DNA of 55,238 nucleotides from Bryobacterales bacterium (GTDB lineage Bacteria; Acidobacteriota; Terriglobia; Bryobacterales; Bryobacteraceae), in the NCBI GenBank assembly GCA_003169195.1, contig PMQB01000436.1, positions 1 to 55,238 on the forward strand, written 5' to 3'. Within the stretch, counting starts at the first letter, position 1. Each line of letters starts with the position of its first letter. Below, in pieces: positions 52,228 to 55,238 of this stretch. The notes below the pieces were generated by a model. That model was not told where the DNA came from, made no database searches, and worked only from the letters and a program-made list of their open reading frames with translations. The position numbers and the translations under genes were made by a program.

Positions 52228-54022
52228 GTCCCCCCACTCCGAACATGGGAGAGTGATGCACTTCTAACGTTTTGCCGTTGCCGACGTACATGTGGACGCC
52301 GCAAGGCAGACAGGGATCGAAGCTGCGAACGGCGCGCATAATGTCGATGCCCTTGAAGTTCTCCGGGCCGTTCTCTTCGAAGATGGGTGTATTCTGCACG
52401 GCGTCTTCATAGGGACCGGGCGTGCCGTAGATGTCACGCGGATTGGCGTTCCACGGAGTGGGCGGATAGGGGTGATAGTTGGCGATCTTGCCATCGCGGA
52501 TGACGACGTGGTGAGAGAGCACGCCGCGGACTGCCTCGTGGAACCCGCAACCGATGGCTTGGTCAGGCACTTTGAATTCGCGGAATGTTTGGGTGTTGCC
52601 TTTGTGGAGTTCGCGCATGGCTTGCTCGGCAAAGTAGAGAGCGGCGGCAGCGGAGTAGGCCTGAAAGTAAGTGCGGGCGCGATCACGCTCGATGGCGTTA
52701 CTCCATTTCGGAATCTTCCATTCGAATTCTACTTCAGGTTTACCGGCGGTCTTTGGCAAATAAATCTTGACACTGTGGCCGGTGGCTTTGATATAGCCGA
52801 TGTCTACCAAGCCGGCGAGCGCAGTTGCCCAAAAGCGAGCGATGGGTCCACCGCCGGTGTCGAGTGCCAGATAGTCGCCGGTGCGTTTGTCGAACCAGCG
52901 TGGCGACATGACCCAGGAATAGTTGCCTTTGAAATCGCGCTTCTGTGGACGTGGAGTGGTGGTTTGGTTCCAGGGATGGTAACGATCGACAGGGTTGCCG
53001 AGGGGATCGTTCTTGACGAACATTTCGCCGCGCTCCCAACCTTCGTAATAGGAGCTACCGAGAAGGATGCGAATGCCGAGGTTGATGTCGACCAGGTTAT
53101 TTGTGACGAGCTCGCCATCTACTACGACGCCCGGCGTTACGTACATGGCTTTGCCCCATTTGTCCATGTTCTTGTATTGGTAGTCGCAGACATCAGGATC
53201 CTGGAACGATCCCCAACAGCCGAGGAGAATGCGGCGTTGGCCAACCTTTTCGTAACCGGGAAGCGCTTCGTAGAAGAAATCGAACAGGTCGTCATGTAAG
53301 GGAACGACCTTCTTCATGAATTCGACGTACTTCATGAGGCGAACGAGGTAGTCGGTGAAGAGCTGAACGGAGGGAACAGTGCCGACGCCGCCTGGATAGA
53401 GAGTAGAAGGGTGAACGTGGCGGCCTTCCATGAGGCAGAACATCTCGCGCGTCATGCGGCTCATCTGGAGGGTTTCCAGATAGAAGCCGCCGGTGAAGGG
53501 ATTCAGGGCGCGCATGATGTCGGCAATGGTTCGGTAACCATGCTGTTCGGCGTGAGGCGCGGAGGTCTGTTCGGCTTTGGCTAAGACGCCGGGATTGGTT
53601 TCGCGCACCATCTGTTCGCAGAAGTCGACGCCGACCAAGTTGTCCTGGTAGAGGTTGTGGTCGAACATGTATTCGGCGGCTTCACCGAGGTTGGTGATCC
53701 ATTCGGCCATGTTGGGAGGCCGCACGCCGAACGCCATATTTTGGGCATAGCAGGCGCAGGTGGCGTGATTATCGCCACAAATGCCGCAGATGCGACTGGT
53801 GATGAAGTGCGCGTCGCGCGGATCTTTGCCTTTCATGAAGATGCTGTAGCCGCGGAAGATGGAGGAGGTGCTGTGACATTCGGCGACCTGGCGATTGGCG
53901 AAATCGATCTTGGTGTAGATGCCTAGGCTGCCGACGATCCTGGTGATGGGATCCCAGTTCATTTCGACGAGGCGGCGCTGGGAGACGTCTTGCGAGACTG
54001 CAGGGTCTGTAACTGTGGCCAT
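52211..54022 (-). CDS. hhyL: [NiFe]-hydrogenase large subunit, group 1h (group 5, high-affinity type)
   Basis: N-terminal nickel-site motif HFITSRICGICGDNHATC and C-terminal motif SFDPCLPCGVHMY, followed by a cleavable extension. Confidence 0.95.
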   Translation of the reverse strand: MATVTDPAVSQDVSQRRLVEMNWDPITRIVGSLGIYTKIDFANRQVAECHSTSSIFRGYSIFMKGKDPRDAHFITSRICGICGDNHATCACYAQNMAFGVRPPNMAEWITNLGEAAEYMFDHNLYQDNLVGVDFCEQMVRETNPGVLAKAEQTSAPHAEQHGYRTIADIMRALNPFTGGFYLETLQMSRMTREMFCLMEGRHVHPSTLYPGGVGTVPSVQLFTDYLVRLMKYVEFMKKVVPLHDDLFDFFYEALPGYEKVGQRRILLGCWGSFQDPDVCDYQYKNMDKWGKAMYVTPGVVVDGELVTNNLVDINLGIRILLGSSYYEGWERGEMFVKNDPLGNPVDRYHPWNQTTTPRPQKRDFKGNYSWVMSPRWFDKRTGDYLALDTGGGPIARFWATALAGLVDIGYIKATGHSVKIYLPKTAGKPEVEFEWKIPKWSNAIERDRARTYFQAYSAAAALYFAEQAMRELHKGNTQTFREFKVPDQAIGCGFHEAVRGVLSHHVVIRDGKIANYHPYPPTPWNANPRDIYGTPGPYEDAVQNTPIFEENGPENFKGIDIMRAVRSFDPCLPCGVHMYVGNGKTLEVHHSPMFGVGGHADSK

Positions 54023-54031
54023 GGTTGACTC

Positions 54032-55096
54032 CTAGGAAGCGTGGGGGCGATAGCCGGTGGTGAGGTAGCGACCGGGATGACGCCACCTGGGTTCTTTGTT
54101 GACGGTGGCATGAGTGATGCTGCGGAGCGACCGGACAGCCGCACCGTAAACGCCAATCACGGAGGCGGAGAGTCTGGCCCCGGGAGGCTCATCCATGAAG
54201 GGCATAAACTTGTCGGGGAAGCCCGGCATGGTACAGCCGATGCAAATACCGCCGACGTTGGGGCAGCCGCCGATGCCGTTCATCCAGCCGCGCTTGGGTA
54301 CATTGCAATCGACGACGGGACCCCAGCAGCCCACTTTCACGAGGCACTTGGGCGAGTTGTAGTCTTGGGCGAAGTCGCCTTGTTCGTAGTAGGCGGCGCG
54401 GTCGCAGCCTTCATGAACAGTTGCGCCGAAGAGCCATTTGGGACGGAGTTGGGCGTCGAGCGGAATCATCGGGGCGAGGCCAGCGAGTTGATAGAGGAGA
54501 TAGAGCAGAGTCTCCATGAAGTTGTCGGGCTGGACGGGACAGCCGGGCACGTTGACGATGGGCAGACCTGCTTTGGACTTCCAATTCCAACCGAGGTAAT
54601 CGGCGAGACCCATGCAACCGGTGGGGTTGCCTTGCATGGCATGGATGCCGCCATAGGTGGCGCAGGTGCCACAACCGATGATGCCGGTGGCTTTGGGGGC
54701 GAGCCGGTCAATCCACTCGCAGGTGGTAATGGGTTGGCCGGTGTCGGGATCGTTACCGAGTGCAGCCCAATAGCCTTCCTTCTTTATCTTCTCGTTTGGG
54801 ATGGAGCCTTCGACGACTAGTACGAAGGGATCGAGTTTTCCTTCCCAGGCCTGGTACCAGTATTTGAGGAAGTCATCCCCCACTTCGTAGGCGAGAACAG
54901 GATTGTGGAGGTGGACTTTAGGGAGGCCGGGAATGGCTCCCAGGAGAACATCTTCCACGCTGGGTTGGGTGGCGGCGGTGATGGAGATAGTGTCGCCATC
55001 GCAGCCTAATCCGGCGGTTATCCAGAGGACGTGAATTTCAGGGACGTCGGGAGGCCGCTGGGTGGATCGGCCGTAAGGTTCGAGATCTGCCGGCAT
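54032..55096 (-). CDS. hhyS: [NiFe]-hydrogenase small subunit, group 1h, no Tat signal
   Basis: FeS-ligand regions GLGCDGDT, GCGTCATYGG, VPGCPVQPDN, HEGCD and KVGCWGPVVDCNVP...GGCPNVGGICIGC. There is no RRxF twin-arginine motif in the N-terminus. GAGG RBS. Confidence 0.93.
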   Translation of the reverse strand: MPADLEPYGRSTQRPPDVPEIHVLWITAGLGCDGDTISITAATQPSVEDVLLGAIPGLPKVHLHNPVLAYEVGDDFLKYWYQAWEGKLDPFVLVVEGSIPNEKIKKEGYWAALGNDPDTGQPITTCEWIDRLAPKATGIIGCGTCATYGGIHAMQGNPTGCMGLADYLGWNWKSKAGLPIVNVPGCPVQPDNFMETLLYLLYQLAGLAPMIPLDAQLRPKWLFGATVHEGCDRAAYYEQGDFAQDYNSPKCLVKVGCWGPVVDCNVPKRGWMNGIGGCPNVGGICIGCTMPGFPDKFMPFMDEPPGARLSASVIGVYGAAVRSLRSITHATVNKEPRWRHPGRYLTTGYRPHAS

Positions 55097-55238
55097 GGGA
55101 GATACCTCGATTTCGAATGTAGGTCTTTCGGAGAGGCGAGTAAACGAGAAAAGATACAGACGCGGAAATCATTGGCAAGAAGTTGCTATAAGCACGTAGT
55201 CAGGAGCCAGCCCCACCTTAGGAGGGGCTGCAAGAAGT

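Noticed and set aside
55175-55238. A hairpin (cagcccc...ggggctg, 55213..55230) and a 9-nt direct repeat gcaagaagt (55175..55183 and 55230..55238) upstream of hhyS
   Set aside because: Both sit at the window edge, so the context is missing. There is no T-run for a terminator, and the repeat is too short to separate from chance. They may be worth re-examining with the flanking sequence.

Overview
This is a 55.2-kb GC-rich bacterial chromosomal window. The gene content looks Acidobacteriota-like: three TonB-dependent receptors with carboxypeptidase-regulatory-like N-termini, an ECF sigma / Ser-Thr kinase pair, an S53 sedolisin with Ig-like repeats, YVTN propellers and a PEP-CTERM-like tail. I support about 45 protein-coding genes. 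I saw no rRNA, tRNA or CRISPR array. All family names come from motif recognition by eye; no searches were run.

Layout, left to right:
- VOC and cupin genes.
- A PF07638-type ECF sigma overlapping a TPR-tailed Ser/Thr kinase.
- A peptidylglycine-monooxygenase-like copper protein with an N-terminal CxxCH motif.
- A 5-6 gene translationally coupled operon: ECF sigma, anti-sigma, B-box membrane protein, mini membrane protein and a LiaF-like toastrack protein.
- An ABC exporter.
- A lone IS200-like (RAYT-like) HUH gene.
- A DtxR-family regulator divergent from a TonB-dependent receptor.
- An S33 hydrolase plus NatAB-like ABC operon.
- A DUF5995-like ORF broken by one in-frame TGA, divergent from a small P-loop ATPase.
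- A six-blade, highly self-similar lectin-like repeat protein.
- Large secreted and lipoprotein propeller proteins.
- A TonB-dependent receptor, YVTN propeller and B12-radical-SAM run.
- A CPA1 antiporter.
- A TonB-dependent receptor, 262-aa protein and S53 peptidase run.
- A complete group 1h (group 5, high-affinity type) [NiFe]-hydrogenase structural and accessory cluster, ending in a 35-aa micro-ORF that is absent from the ORF track.

The most unusual observations, best first:
1. The six-blade repeat protein (24915..26600).
2. Two nested sets of imperfect direct repeats. A 23-30 nt pair flanks the RAYT-like gene. A pair of about 110 nt brackets the DtxR-receptor cassette, and its right copy is the live 5' end of the hydrolase gene.
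3. The hydrogenase cluster with its micro-ORF and a NifU-like ORF that lacks CxxC.
4. The same two-helix membrane hairpin reused in three consecutive genes of the ECF operon.

I did not find a clearly new multi-gene system that I can defend beyond these points.
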